A stretch of 64,000 nucleotides of DNA from assembly GCA_963749895.1 (NCBI GenBank), contig CAVVOG010000003.1, forward strand, positions 987,151 to 1,051,150, given 5' to 3'. Positions within the stretch are counted from its first letter, which is position 1; each line of letters opens with the position of its first letter. Source of the stretch: an uncultured Actinomycetes bacterium (lineage in GTDB: Bacteria > Actinomycetota > UBA4738 > HRBIN12). Shown piece by piece: positions 1 to 8,346 of this stretch. The position numbers and the translations under genes are program-made. The notes under the pieces were generated by a model, which had not been told where the DNA came from, searched no databases, and saw only the letters and a program-made list of their open reading frames with translations.

Positions 1-150
1 CCGGCCGTCCTCCTCCGCCACGATCGCGAACGACCCCGGGGCGTCGCGGACCTCGTCGACGATCCGGGGCTCATCGGGCGTGTCGAACGCGGCCCGCTCC
101 ACCGCCAGCGAGGCCTCGCGGTCCTCCGGACGTTCCAGCCTGAGGTTCAC
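1..150 (-). CDS. Partial CDS (N-terminus only) of a GNAT-like acetyltransferase. It starts at GTG 150..148 and runs off the left edge of the window.
   Basis: Minus-strand translation from the GTG at 150 gives VNLRLERPEDREASLAVERAAFDTPDEPRIVDEVRDAPGSFAIVAEEDGR with no stop before position 1. The pattern resembles a GNAT N-terminal region. The GTG overlaps the dut stop codon (GTGA). The track does not list it because it is truncated. Confidence 0.4.
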   Translation of the reverse strand, partial: MNLRLERPEDREASLAVERAAFDTPDEPRIVDEVRDAPGSFAIVAEEDGR

Positions 151-581
151 GAGCGGCCCGTAGAGCCGAACCCACCCTCGCCGCGCGCGGTGTCCGGCAG
201 ATCGTCCGTCCACCCAGCCTCGATCGTCGGGATCGGGACGACCACCAACTGGGCGATCCGATCTCCGACCTCGACCTGCACGGCCTCGGTCCGATCGAGG
301 TTCACGACCGCGCAGATCACCTCACCGCGATAGCCGGCGTCGATCAGTCCCGGCGCGTTCGCGAGGGTCAACCCGCGCTTCGACGCGAGGCCGCTGCGGG
401 GCAGCACGAGCCCCGCATGGCCGTCCGGGATCGCCACCGCGATGCCCGTGGGGATCATCGCGCGCTCGCCGGGACCCACGACCGCGGCCTCCGCCGCGCG
501 CAGGTCGAGACCAGCATCGCCAGGGTGCTGAGCGGCCGGGAGCTCCGCTCCCGGCCGCACCCGCTTGACGCGGAGGTCCAC
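147..581 (-). CDS. dut: dUTP diphosphatase (dUTPase)
   Basis: The track ORF 147..668 carries dUTPase motifs AGLDL, PRSGL and GLIDAGYRGEV. I placed the start at in-frame GTG 581 (VDLRVKRVRPGAELP...), 3 nt past the nrdJ stop, because the track's longer N-terminus would overlap nrdJ by 85 nt. Confidence 0.85.
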   Translation of the reverse strand: MDLRVKRVRPGAELPAAQHPGDAGLDLRAAEAAVVGPGERAMIPTGIAVAIPDGHAGLVLPRSGLASKRGLTLANAPGLIDAGYRGEVICAVVNLDRTEAVQVEVGDRIAQLVVVPIPTIEAGWTDDLPDTARGEGGFGSTGRS

Positions 582-583
582 CC

Positions 584-3337
584 CTACGAGCAGCCGCTCG
601 TGCTGCCGCAGCTCCCACACACGTAGCAGGAGCCGGCCGGCTGCATCTTGGAGCCGCACTGGTAACACAGCGGAGCGTCGAGGGCCTTCGCGCTGGGCTT
701 GTCACCCATCTCGATCCGCTGCGGGGTACCCGTCACCGGCCCGGTCTCGACCGGCGCGTCGTCCGCGCCGGCGCCCACCGGGAGCTCGCCGATCTTCTCC
801 TGGGCCTCGACCTTGCGCTCCTCGATCGACTTGATGCCCAGGCCCTCGCGCACCTCGATCGGGAGGTGGTCCAGCGCGAGACGCCGGAACACGTAGTCCA
901 CGAGCGAGGTCGCGAACCGGATGTCCGGATCGTTCGTCATGCCGCTGGGCTCGAACTTCGTGTTGATGAACTTCGAGACGAAGGCCTCCAGCGGCACGCC
1001 GTACTGGAGACCGAGCGAGACCGCGATCGCGAACGCGTCCATCACGCCCGACAGGGTCGAACCCTGCTTCGAGGTCTTCAGGAAGATCTCGCCGAGACCG
1101 TCGTCCGGGTACATGCCGGCGTTGATGTAGCCCTCGGCGTCGCCGACCTGGAACGAGGTCGTGATCGACGGACGGCTCATCGGCAGCCGCTTGCGGACCG
1201 GATGCGCCATCGTCGCCGCCTCGGGCTCCGCCTTCTTCTTCTTGTCGGCCGACAGCGGCTGCGCGACCTTGCAGTTGTCGCGGTAGATCGCGACCGCCTT
1301 CAGGCCGAGCTTCCAGCTCTCGACGAAGAGCTGCTCGACCTCTTCGACCGTGGCCTCCTCGGGCATGTTCACGGTCTTCGAGATCGCGCCGGAGATGAAG
1401 GGCTGTGCGGCCCCCATCATCCGCACGTGGCCCATGTAGTGGATCGGCTGAGCCCCCATGGCCGTGTCGAAGACCGCGTGGTGCTCGGTCTTGAGATGTG
1501 GCGAGTCCAGCACCGAGTTGTGCTCAGCGATGTACCCGACGATGTCCTCGACCTCGTTCTGCGAATAGCCGAGCTTCGCGAGGGCTCGCGGCACGGTCTG
1601 GTTCACGAACCGCATCGTGCCCCCGCCGACGAGCTTCTTCGTCTTCACCAGGGCGAGCTCCGGCTCGATGCCGGTGGTGTCGCAATCCATCATCAGACCG
1701 ATCGTGCCCGTCGGCGCGAGCACCGACGCCTGCGCGTTGCGGTACCCGTGGATCTCGCCGAGGGCGACGGCCTCGTCCCACGATTGCTTCGCCGCGGACA
1801 GCATGCCCTCGGGGACGAGCTCGGCGTCGATCTCGTCGGCGGCGGCGCGGTGCTTGCGCATCACGCGCAGCATCGCGTCCGCGTTCGGTGCGTACCCATC
1901 GAACGGACCCGTCACCTCCGCGATCCGGGCACTCGTCCGGTATGCCCAGCCGGTCATGATCGCGGTGATCGCGCCCGCCCAGGCACGGCCCTGGTCGGAG
2001 TCGTACGGGAGGCCCCGTGCCATCAGCAGAGCGCCGAGGTTCGCGTAGCCGATCCCGAGCTGGCGGTACTGACGGGCGTTCTCGCCGATCCTCTCGGTCG
2101 GGTAGTCGGACTCGCCCACCACGATCTCCTGCGCGGTGAAGACGATCTCGACCGCGTGACGGAAGCTCGCGACGTCGAAGTTGCCGTCGTCGTCGAGGAA
2201 CCTCATCAGGTTCAGTGACGCGAGGTTGCACGCGCTGTTGTCGAGGTGCATGTACTCCGAGCACGGGTTGGACCCGTTGATCCGGCCGCTCGCCGGGCAC
2301 GTGTGCCACTCGTTGATCGTGGTGTCGTACTGCATCCCCGGGTCGGCGCACTCCCAGGCGGCTTGCGCGACGTCGCGCATCAGGTCGCGAGCCCGCACCG
2401 ACTCGACGGTCTCTCCGGTCGTCACCGCCTTCAGCTTCCAGTCCCGGTCCTCGAGGACCGCCTGCATGAACTCGTCGGTCACCCGGACCGAGTTGTTCGC
2501 GTTCTGGTACTGGATCGAGTAGCTGTCGCGTCCGTCGAGGTCCATGTCGAACCCGGCGTCGCGGAGCGCACGGGCCTTCTTCTCCTCGAGCGCCTTGCAC
2601 CAGACGAACTCGCGCACGTCTGGGTGGTCGACGTTGAGGATCACCATCTTCGCCGCGCGGCGGGTCTTGCCCCCGGACTTGATCGTCCCCGCGCTGGCGT
2701 CGGCGCCGCGCATGAAGCTCACCGGTCCGCTCGCCGTGCCCCCGCCGGCCAGTGGCTCGCGCGAGGAGCGGATCTTGCTGAGGTTGATCCCCGAGCCCGA
2801 GCCGCCCTTGAAGATCGTGCCCTCCTCGACGTACCAGTTGAGGATCGAGCTCATGTGGTCGTCGACCGCCAGGATGAAGCACGCCGAGCACTGCTGGGGG
2901 GTGTCGGGCACACCCACGTTGAACCACACCGGGGAGTTGAACGCGGCCTTCTGGTTCACCAGGAGGTGACTGAGCTCCTCGGCGAAGACCTGTGCGTCGT
3001 GCTCGGTGGCGAAGTAGCCGTTCTTGCGTCCCCACCCGGTGATCGTGTCCACGACGCGGGACACGAGCTGGCGCACCGAGGACTCTCGCTGGGGGGTCCC
3101 GAGCGTGCCGCGGAAGTACTTCTGGGCGACGATGTTCGTGGCGTTCTGCGACCACGACGCGGGGAACTCGACGTCCCGCTGCTCGAAGGCGTTGCCGCCC
3201 TCCTTGTAGTTCGGGATCACCGCGTCGCGGGTCTCCCACTCCACCTGGTCGAACGGGTGCACGCCGTCGGTGGTGAAGTAGCGGGTGAAGGTCAGTCCGT
3301 CGCGGATGACCTCCACGTCTCCCTCGCGTGTCGCCAT
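584..3337 (-). CDS. nrdJ: Adenosylcobalamin-dependent ribonucleoside-diphosphate reductase, class II, monomeric
   Basis: 917 aa. The N-terminus MATREGDVEVIRDGLTFTRYFTTDGVHPFDQVEWETRD is typical of NrdJ. It has a long catalytic core and a C-terminal Cys-rich tail (CYQCGSKMQPAGSCYVCGSCGSTSGCS). Position downstream of nrdR matches actinobacterial synteny. Confidence 0.95.
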   Translation of the reverse strand: MATREGDVEVIRDGLTFTRYFTTDGVHPFDQVEWETRDAVIPNYKEGGNAFEQRDVEFPASWSQNATNIVAQKYFRGTLGTPQRESSVRQLVSRVVDTITGWGRKNGYFATEHDAQVFAEELSHLLVNQKAAFNSPVWFNVGVPDTPQQCSACFILAVDDHMSSILNWYVEEGTIFKGGSGSGINLSKIRSSREPLAGGGTASGPVSFMRGADASAGTIKSGGKTRRAAKMVILNVDHPDVREFVWCKALEEKKARALRDAGFDMDLDGRDSYSIQYQNANNSVRVTDEFMQAVLEDRDWKLKAVTTGETVESVRARDLMRDVAQAAWECADPGMQYDTTINEWHTCPASGRINGSNPCSEYMHLDNSACNLASLNLMRFLDDDGNFDVASFRHAVEIVFTAQEIVVGESDYPTERIGENARQYRQLGIGYANLGALLMARGLPYDSDQGRAWAGAITAIMTGWAYRTSARIAEVTGPFDGYAPNADAMLRVMRKHRAAADEIDAELVPEGMLSAAKQSWDEAVALGEIHGYRNAQASVLAPTGTIGLMMDCDTTGIEPELALVKTKKLVGGGTMRFVNQTVPRALAKLGYSQNEVEDIVGYIAEHNSVLDSPHLKTEHHAVFDTAMGAQPIHYMGHVRMMGAAQPFISGAISKTVNMPEEATVEEVEQLFVESWKLGLKAVAIYRDNCKVAQPLSADKKKKAEPEAATMAHPVRKRLPMSRPSITTSFQVGDAEGYINAGMYPDDGLGEIFLKTSKQGSTLSGVMDAFAIAVSLGLQYGVPLEAFVSKFINTKFEPSGMTNDPDIRFATSLVDYVFRRLALDHLPIEVREGLGIKSIEERKVEAQEKIGELPVGAGADDAPVETGPVTGTPQRIEMGDKPSAKALDAPLCYQCGSKMQPAGSCYVCGSCGSTSGCS

Positions 3338-3560
3338 ACGTTCCCCTCCTCGGTACTCGATGCTGTGGATACCCCGTGGGGAAGCGGTGGGTATCCTGTG
3401 GACAGACTTACATCCCTGTGATTCCGGGCCCGGGCATCATGGACCTCCGGCGTGCGAACGTCAAGCGCTAGTGGCCAGAATCGTGTGCACCCACAACATC
3501 TAGTATCCCAGACCCAGCCACACGCCCGACAGGCACCACATGATGGGCGGCGGACGAGAC
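3338..3560. promoter_or_regulatory. nrdR-nrdJ intergenic region containing candidate NrdR operator boxes and the nrdJ promoter
   Basis: 223-bp non-coding gap. It contains the inverted repeat GGATACC...GGTATCC flanked by direct CTGTGG repeats (about 3363..3410), plus CACTAG/ACTAGA-containing elements (about 3450..3506) that partly resemble the 16-bp NrdR palindrome. I could not fit them to the consensus by eye. Confidence 0.3.
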
Positions 3561-4037
3561 CTACCGGGGTCGCCGCTTCGCCGGCACCTTCTTCTCGAGC
3601 AGCAGCCCGAGTTCCCGCTCGAAATCCGTGATGCCCTGGAAGTCCTTGTAGACGCTGGCGAAGCGCAGGTACGCGACCTCGTCGACCTTCTGCAGGGCGG
3701 CCAGCACCTCGGCACCGACCTGTCGGGAGGTCACGTCCGGGCCTTTGCGGCGGAGGCGCAGCTCGATCCGGTCGACGATCTCGTCGATCCGATGGTTCGA
3801 GACGGGCCGGCCCGCGAGGGCCTTGCGGATCCCCGCCTCGACCTTGTCCCGGTCGAACGGCTCGCGAACCCCCGCGCGCTTCACGACGACCAGGCCGACG
3901 TCTTCGATCCGTTCGTAGGTCGTGAACCTCCGCCGGCACGTGGCGCACTCGCGTCGGCGGCGGATCGCCGAGCCCGTGTCCGCGGGTCGCGAATCCACCA
4001 CCCGGTCGTCGTCGGCATCGCACCACGGGCAGCGCAT
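3561..4037 (-). CDS. nrdR: Transcriptional repressor NrdR (zinc-ribbon plus ATP-cone)
   Basis: MRCPWCDADDDRVVDSRPADTGSAIRRRRECATCRRRFTTYERIED... zinc ribbon followed by an ATP-cone. The start is ATG 4037. The Arg-rich upstream part of track ORF 3561..4268 is discarded. Confidence 0.9.
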   Translation of the reverse strand: MRCPWCDADDDRVVDSRPADTGSAIRRRRECATCRRRFTTYERIEDVGLVVVKRAGVREPFDRDKVEAGIRKALAGRPVSNHRIDEIVDRIELRLRRKGPDVTSRQVGAEVLAALQKVDEVAYLRFASVYKDFQGITDFERELGLLLEKKVPAKRRPR

Positions 4038-4095
4038 CGTGAAGAGCCACAAGATGTTGTGGCGGCGCGCACGGTAGCCGGGACACGGGTGGGCG

Positions 4096-4380
4096 TCAAC
4101 CGACGTGCAGGACCAGCACCTGTCCAGGGACGATCGCCGCGCCGTCGAGGGCGTTGGCCTCGACGAGCCGGTCGACGACGTCGCGCGGGTCCTCCTGGGG
4201 GGCGAGGCGCGTGGCGACCGCCCAGAGCGTGTCTCCGGCACGGACCACGTACCGCTGCGGCGGAGCATCGGTGGAAGGCCCGCCGAACGCGTTCGCGGCC
4301 GCCGGTGCGCCGAGGGCCACCGTCAGGACGAGGACGGCGACCGCCCCGATCCGCCGCCGACGAACACGTGTTCGATGCAT
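4096..4380 (-). CDS. Small LysM-domain secreted/membrane protein (homolog of the mycobacterial Rv2719c-type SOS-induced LysM protein)
   Basis: Signal/TM segment MHRTRVRRRRIGAVAVLVLTVALGAPAAANA followed by a LysM domain (YVVRAGDTLWAVATRL...GQVLVL). It is divergent from lexA with SOS boxes in the shared promoter. The start is ATG 4380. Confidence 0.75.
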   Translation of the reverse strand: MHRTRVRRRRIGAVAVLVLTVALGAPAAANAFGGPSTDAPPQRYVVRAGDTLWAVATRLAPQEDPRDVVDRLVEANALDGAAIVPGQVLVLHVG

Positions 4381-4393
4381 GATGGAAGCCTGA

Positions 4394-4409
4394 CCGAACG
4401 GATGTTCGG
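4394..4409. promoter_or_regulatory. LexA operator (Cheo-type SOS box) 1, CCGAACggatGTTCGG
   Basis: Matches the actinobacterial SOS box TCGAAC-N4-GTTCGA. It sits in the LysM/lexA divergent promoter, about 110 nt upstream of the lexA ATG. Confidence 0.7.
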
Positions 4410-4423
4410 TGTCAACGAACGAC

Positions 4424-4439
4424 TCGAACATATGTTTGA
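4424..4439. promoter_or_regulatory. LexA operator (SOS box) 2, TCGAACatatGTTTGA
   Basis: Second GAAC-N4-GTT(T/C) palindrome, 30 bp from box 1, with one mismatch to the consensus. Confidence 0.6.
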
Positions 4440-4517
4440 ACCTCCCTCGGGCTGGTGCTACCTTCCGCCCCAACGAACCCGCCCCTCGGATCGGGCGATA
4501 CCAGGAGGGTATGGACC

Positions 4518-5126
4518 ATGTCTGACATCACTTCCCGCCAGCAGCGGATCCTCGACGTCATCGCCGAGACCGTGCGCGACCGGGGCTACCCACCGACCGT
4601 CCGCGAGATCGGCGAGGCGGTCGGCCTGACGTCGTCGTCGTCGGTCCACGCGCAGCTGGCGAACCTCGAGCGCAAGGGTCTGCTCCACAAGGACCCCACG
4701 AAGCCTCGTGCGGTGACCTTGGACGGTCCTCGCGCCGACGGCACGACCGTGCCGCTCGTGGGGCGGATCGCGGCGGGCGCTCCCACCCTCGCGACCGAGC
4801 ACGTCGAGGACTACCTGACGGTCCCCGCGGACTTCACCCGCGGCGGCGGGGAGCACTTCGCCCTGCGCGTCACCGGCGACTCGATGATCGGCGCCGGGAT
4901 CCTCGACGGCGACGTCGTGGTCGTCCGGAGCCAGGAGACGGCCTCGGACGGCGACATCGTCGCGGCGCTCATGCCCGGCCCTGCCGAGGACGAGGCCACC
5001 GTCAAGCGCTTCGGGCACGATGGTCCCCGTGTGATGCTGATCCCCGAGAACCCGTCCCTCCAGCCTTTCGAGATGAGCGACGGACGGATCCTCGGCCGTA
5101 TCGTCGCGGTCCTCAGACACCTCTGA
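4518..5126 (+). CDS. lexA: LexA repressor
   Basis: MSDITSRQQRILDVIAETVRDRGYPPTVREIGEAVGLTSSSSVHAQLANLERKGLL... winged HTH, followed by the S24 peptidase domain (GDSMIGAGILDGD). Start is ATG 4518. Two upstream SOS boxes indicate autoregulation. Confidence 0.95.
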   Translation: MSDITSRQQRILDVIAETVRDRGYPPTVREIGEAVGLTSSSSVHAQLANLERKGLLHKDPTKPRAVTLDGPRADGTTVPLVGRIAAGAPTLATEHVEDYLTVPADFTRGGGEHFALRVTGDSMIGAGILDGDVVVVRSQETASDGDIVAALMPGPAEDEATVKRFGHDGPRVMLIPENPSLQPFEMSDGRILGRIVAVLRHL

Positions 5127-5171
5127 CGTGCGCTAGGCTCCCCCCGTCCGTCACGACGGAAGGAGCCAGGA

Positions 5172-6170
5172 GTGGCGCAGCAGGGGCACACGGCCTTCGA
5201 GCATCAGATCCGTTCCCAGCCCGCCGAGCTCGAACACCTGCTGACCGACCCTCGCGCGCGTGAGCAGATCCACGCGGCGGCCGAGGGCCTCCATCGCGTC
5301 CGTCGACTCTGGGTCGTAGGTACCGGCAGCAGCCAGCACGTCGCTCACCTCGGAGCGGCCATGCTCCAAGATGCCGGTCGGTCGGCGCATGCGGTGTCGT
5401 CGATGCAGTTCGTCCGCAACGCCCCGATCGTGGGCCCCCATGACGGCGTCGTGATCGTCACGCACTCGGGTTCGAGCGCCTACGCGATGGCGGCGCGCGT
5501 CCTGGCCTTCTCCGCGGGGCTGCAGACCGTGACGATCACGCGCCGCGGCACCGCGCTGAACGACGTGATCGAGACGACCGCGGCCGAGACGTCCGAGACG
5601 CACTCGGTCGGCTACACGACCGCGCTCTTCGCGATGGGGCTGCTTTCCGCCGAGATGGGCGCCGACTCGATCACCCTCGAGGCCCTCGCGGGGGTGCCTT
5701 CGGCGGTGGGCGCCGCCCTCACGGACACCGGGACGCAGCAGGTCCCTGCGCCGTCGCGCGCCCTCGTGTTCGCGGGAGCCGGCCCCACGGCGATCACCGC
5801 GAAGGAGGGCGCCGTGAAGGTCAGGGAGGCGGCCCACCTCCTGGGCGAGGGGTTCGACGCCGAGTACCTGCTCCACGGGAGCGGCACCGTCCTGACCTCC
5901 GCCGACCACCTGGTCGCGCTCGTGACACCCGACGAAGACGGCCTGGTCGACGGCGTCGCCCGCGCGGCCGAAGCGAGCGGCGTGGGCGTGACGCGCGTCG
6001 CCGAGCCCGCTCCCCTTCCGCCGCTCCTCGCGCAGATCCCGTACGCGGCGCGGTTGCAGGTCCTGGCATTGCGCCTTGCCCTCGCGAAAGGCCGCAACCC
6101 TGACGTGGTGTCGACCGGCGCCTGGGCCGATCCGGCGTTGTGGGCGATCGGCGCCCCGAAGACCGGCTAG
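5172..6170 (+). CDS. SIS-domain protein (GlmS C-terminal/AgaS-like sugar-phosphate isomerase or aminotransferase family)
   Basis: 332 aa with the tandem SIS signature VVGTGSSQHVAHLGAAML...IVTHSGSSA. GTG start with a GGAAGGAG Shine-Dalgarno (SD) sequence about 9 nt upstream. It lies 45 nt downstream of lexA on the same strand. Confidence 0.75.
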   Translation: MAQQGHTAFEHQIRSQPAELEHLLTDPRAREQIHAAAEGLHRVRRLWVVGTGSSQHVAHLGAAMLQDAGRSAHAVSSMQFVRNAPIVGPHDGVVIVTHSGSSAYAMAARVLAFSAGLQTVTITRRGTALNDVIETTAAETSETHSVGYTTALFAMGLLSAEMGADSITLEALAGVPSAVGAALTDTGTQQVPAPSRALVFAGAGPTAITAKEGAVKVREAAHLLGEGFDAEYLLHGSGTVLTSADHLVALVTPDEDGLVDGVARAAEASGVGVTRVAEPAPLPPLLAQIPYAARLQVLALRLALAKGRNPDVVSTGAWADPALWAIGAPKTG

Positions 6171-7513
6171 GTCTCGGCGTCCGGGACCGGGACGCGCACG
6201 ACCCCCTGGGCGTAGGTGCGCACCTGGCTGAGCACGCGCAGGCCGACGCGCGCGGTGACCCGGGTCCCCTCGGGCTCCGCCACCGCCTCCAGCACGTCGG
6301 CCTCGCGGTAGAGCATCGCGACCAAGTCTCCACGCGCCCACGGGATCAGCACCTCGATGTCGACCGGCGGGCGAGGGAGCGCCTCCTCGATCGCCACCAG
6401 CAAGCCGTCGATCCCCTCCCCCGTCAACGCGGAGACCGGGACCGAGCCGGGGAAGCGACGTGCCAGGCGGACACGCTCGCTGCCGGACAACGCGTCGACC
6501 TTGTTCAGGACCAAGATCTCGGGGAGATGCCCGGCGTCGATCTCGTCGAGCACCCGCCGTACGGCTTCGATCTGTCGGTCGACCGCGGGCGACGCCGCGT
6601 CGGCGATGTGCACGACCAGGTCCGAGAGGGTGACCTCCTCGAGGGTCGAGCGGAACGCCTCGACCAGGTCGTGCGGGAGCTTCTGGACGAACCCCACCGT
6701 GTCGGCGATCGTCGCCTTCCGCCCACCGGGGAGCTCGAGCTTCCTCGTCGTGGGATCGAGCGTGGCGAACAGCTGGTCCGCGACGATCACGTCGGCGCCG
6801 GTCACCCGGCGCATCAGGGTGGACTTGCCCGCGTTCGTGTACCCGGCGATCGCGACCTGGGGGACGTCCGAATCCAAGCGCCGGGCACGTTTCACGTCGC
6901 GCGTCTTCGCGAGCTGTTTCAGATCGCGACGCAGCTTCGAGATCCGGCGACGGATGTGCTGGCGGTCGACCTCGAGCTTCGTCTCCCCGCCGCCGAACCG
7001 CGTCCCGATCCCACCGCCGGACCGGCTCAGGGCTTCTCCCCAGCCACGCAGCCGCGGGAGGAGGTAGTTCAGCTGCGCGAGCTCGACCTGGGCCTTGCCC
7101 TCGCGCGACCGCGCATGGAGGGCGAATATGTCGAGGATCAGGGCCGTCCGGTCGATCACCTTGACCTTCAGGCGGGCCTCGAGGGAGCGCAGGTGCCCAG
7201 GCGTGAGCTCCTCGTCGAGGATGACCAGCCCGGCACCGGTCGCATGCAGCAGCCGGTGGAGCTCTTCGACCTTCCCCTTACCGATCCAGTACTGAGGATC
7301 GGGCTCGGAGCGGCTCTGGACGACCCGACCGACCGGCTCGGCGCCGGCGGAGTCGGCGAGCGCGGCGAGCTCGTCGAGATCGTCCTCGGCGATCCCCGGG
7401 CCGATCCCGACCAGGACCGCCTTCTCGTGGGCGATCGAGCGCCACGTGGCGGCGATCGGGGACTCGAGGATCCGATCGAGGGGATCTGTCGACGCAGGGG
7501 GTCGCTCGGGCAT
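6167..7513 (-). CDS. hflX: GTPase HflX
   Basis: HflX N-domain followed by a G-domain (GYTNAGKSTLMRRVTGADVIVADQLFATLDPTTR...DTVGFV). I placed the start at ATG 7513, 8 nt past the dapD stop. The track's longer start at 7615 would overlap dapD. Confidence 0.9.
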   Translation of the reverse strand: MPERPPASTDPLDRILESPIAATWRSIAHEKAVLVGIGPGIAEDDLDELAALADSAGAEPVGRVVQSRSEPDPQYWIGKGKVEELHRLLHATGAGLVILDEELTPGHLRSLEARLKVKVIDRTALILDIFALHARSREGKAQVELAQLNYLLPRLRGWGEALSRSGGGIGTRFGGGETKLEVDRQHIRRRISKLRRDLKQLAKTRDVKRARRLDSDVPQVAIAGYTNAGKSTLMRRVTGADVIVADQLFATLDPTTRKLELPGGRKATIADTVGFVQKLPHDLVEAFRSTLEEVTLSDLVVHIADAASPAVDRQIEAVRRVLDEIDAGHLPEILVLNKVDALSGSERVRLARRFPGSVPVSALTGEGIDGLLVAIEEALPRPPVDIEVLIPWARGDLVAMLYREADVLEAVAEPEGTRVTARVGLRVLSQVRTYAQGVVRVPVPDAET

Positions 7514-7521
7514 CTCGCGGC

Positions 7522-8346
7522 TCACCCCATCGAGGACCCGAAGTCGCGCAGGAGGTCGTTCAGCTGCACCTTCGACTCGGTCGCCTCGCTCCGATACCCG
7601 ATGATCAGCCCGCACGGTAGCCCGAAATGCCCCGCCTCGAACTCGCGGGGCCGGTTCCCGGGGATCACGATCGCGCGTGAGGGGACCCGACCTCGGTGCT
7701 CCACGGGTTCAGGGCCGGTGACGTCGATCACGGGGGTGTTCCCGGTCAGGACCACACCCGCCCCCAGCACGGCCTCGCGACCGACCCGGACCCCTTCCAC
7801 GACGATGGATCGCGAGCCGATGAACGCGCCGTCCTCGACGATCACGGGCGCTGCCTGGAGCGGCTCGAGCACGCCACCGATCCCGACCCCTCCGGCAAGG
7901 TGCACGTCGGCGCCGATCTGCGCGCAGGACCCCACCGTGGCCCACGTGTCGACCATCGTCCCGCCGCCGACCCACGCGCCGATGTTGACGTAGCTCGGCA
8001 TCAGGACGACCCCGGGCTCCAGGTGCGCGCCGTACCGGGCCGTGGCCGGTGGCACGACGCGGACCCCGAGCCCGTCGTACCCGTGCTTGAGCGGCAGCTT
8101 GTCGTGGTACTCGAACGGCCCCGCTTCGGAGGTCTCCAGACCGCGGACGCGGAAGTAGAGCAGCACGGCCTGCTTCGCCCAGGCGTTGACGCGCCAACCC
8201 TCGCCGTCCGGTTCGGCCACGCGGATCTCTCCACGGTCCAGCAGCGCGATCGCCTCCTCCACCGCCGCCGCGTCGATCGCCGCGCCCGACGCCAGGCCGT
8301 CCCACGATGCCTCGATCCGGCCGGCCAGCTCCTCCAGCTCACTCAT
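7522..8346 (-). CDS. dapD: 2,3,4,5-tetrahydropyridine-2,6-dicarboxylate N-succinyltransferase
   Basis: Left-handed beta-helix hexapeptide repeats (GAWVGGGTMVDTWATVGSCAQIGADVHLAGGVGIGGVLEP...). Start is ATG 8346, which forms an ATGA overlap with the dapC stop. Confidence 0.85.
   Translation of the reverse strand: MSELEELAGRIEASWDGLASGAAIDAAAVEEAIALLDRGEIRVAEPDGEGWRVNAWAKQAVLLYFRVRGLETSEAGPFEYHDKLPLKHGYDGLGVRVVPPATARYGAHLEPGVVLMPSYVNIGAWVGGGTMVDTWATVGSCAQIGADVHLAGGVGIGGVLEPLQAAPVIVEDGAFIGSRSIVVEGVRVGREAVLGAGVVLTGNTPVIDVTGPEPVEHRGRVPSRAIVIPGNRPREFEAGHFGLPCGLIIGYRSEATESKVQLNDLLRDFGSSMG

Noticed and set aside
866-2218. Long antisense or alternate-frame ORFs across the whole window. Examples: 866..2218+, 1524..3239-, 2246..3421+, 6140..7993+, 8307..9863+, 9386..10759+, 10847..12640+, 14976..16337+, 20067..22196+, 22323..23597+, 24295..25830-, 26992..29142+, 29690..30919+, 30585..32237+, 33545..35116-, 34162..35982+, 38539..40890+, 44053..45989+, 47018..49027+, 49520..51115+, 51811..52938-, 52442..53536-, 56030..57112+, 57084..58636, 59969..62269+ and 62206..63594+.
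   Set aside because: All overlap well-supported genes on the other strand or in another frame. They are Arg/Pro/Gly/Asp-rich with no recognizable motifs, which is the expected stop-codon-poor artifact of a roughly 70% GC genome.
3338-3560. A cobalamin riboswitch upstream of nrdJ.
   Set aside because: B12 riboswitches repress B12-independent class I RNR genes, not nrdJ. No B12-box-like sequence was recognized, and the gap is better explained by NrdR control.
3292-4086. 264-aa minus-strand ORF spanning nrdR and the intergenic region, and the 280-aa plus-strand ORF 3540..4382.
   Set aside because: Both are frame-shifted or antisense overlaps of nrdR and the LysM gene with Arg/Pro-rich composition.
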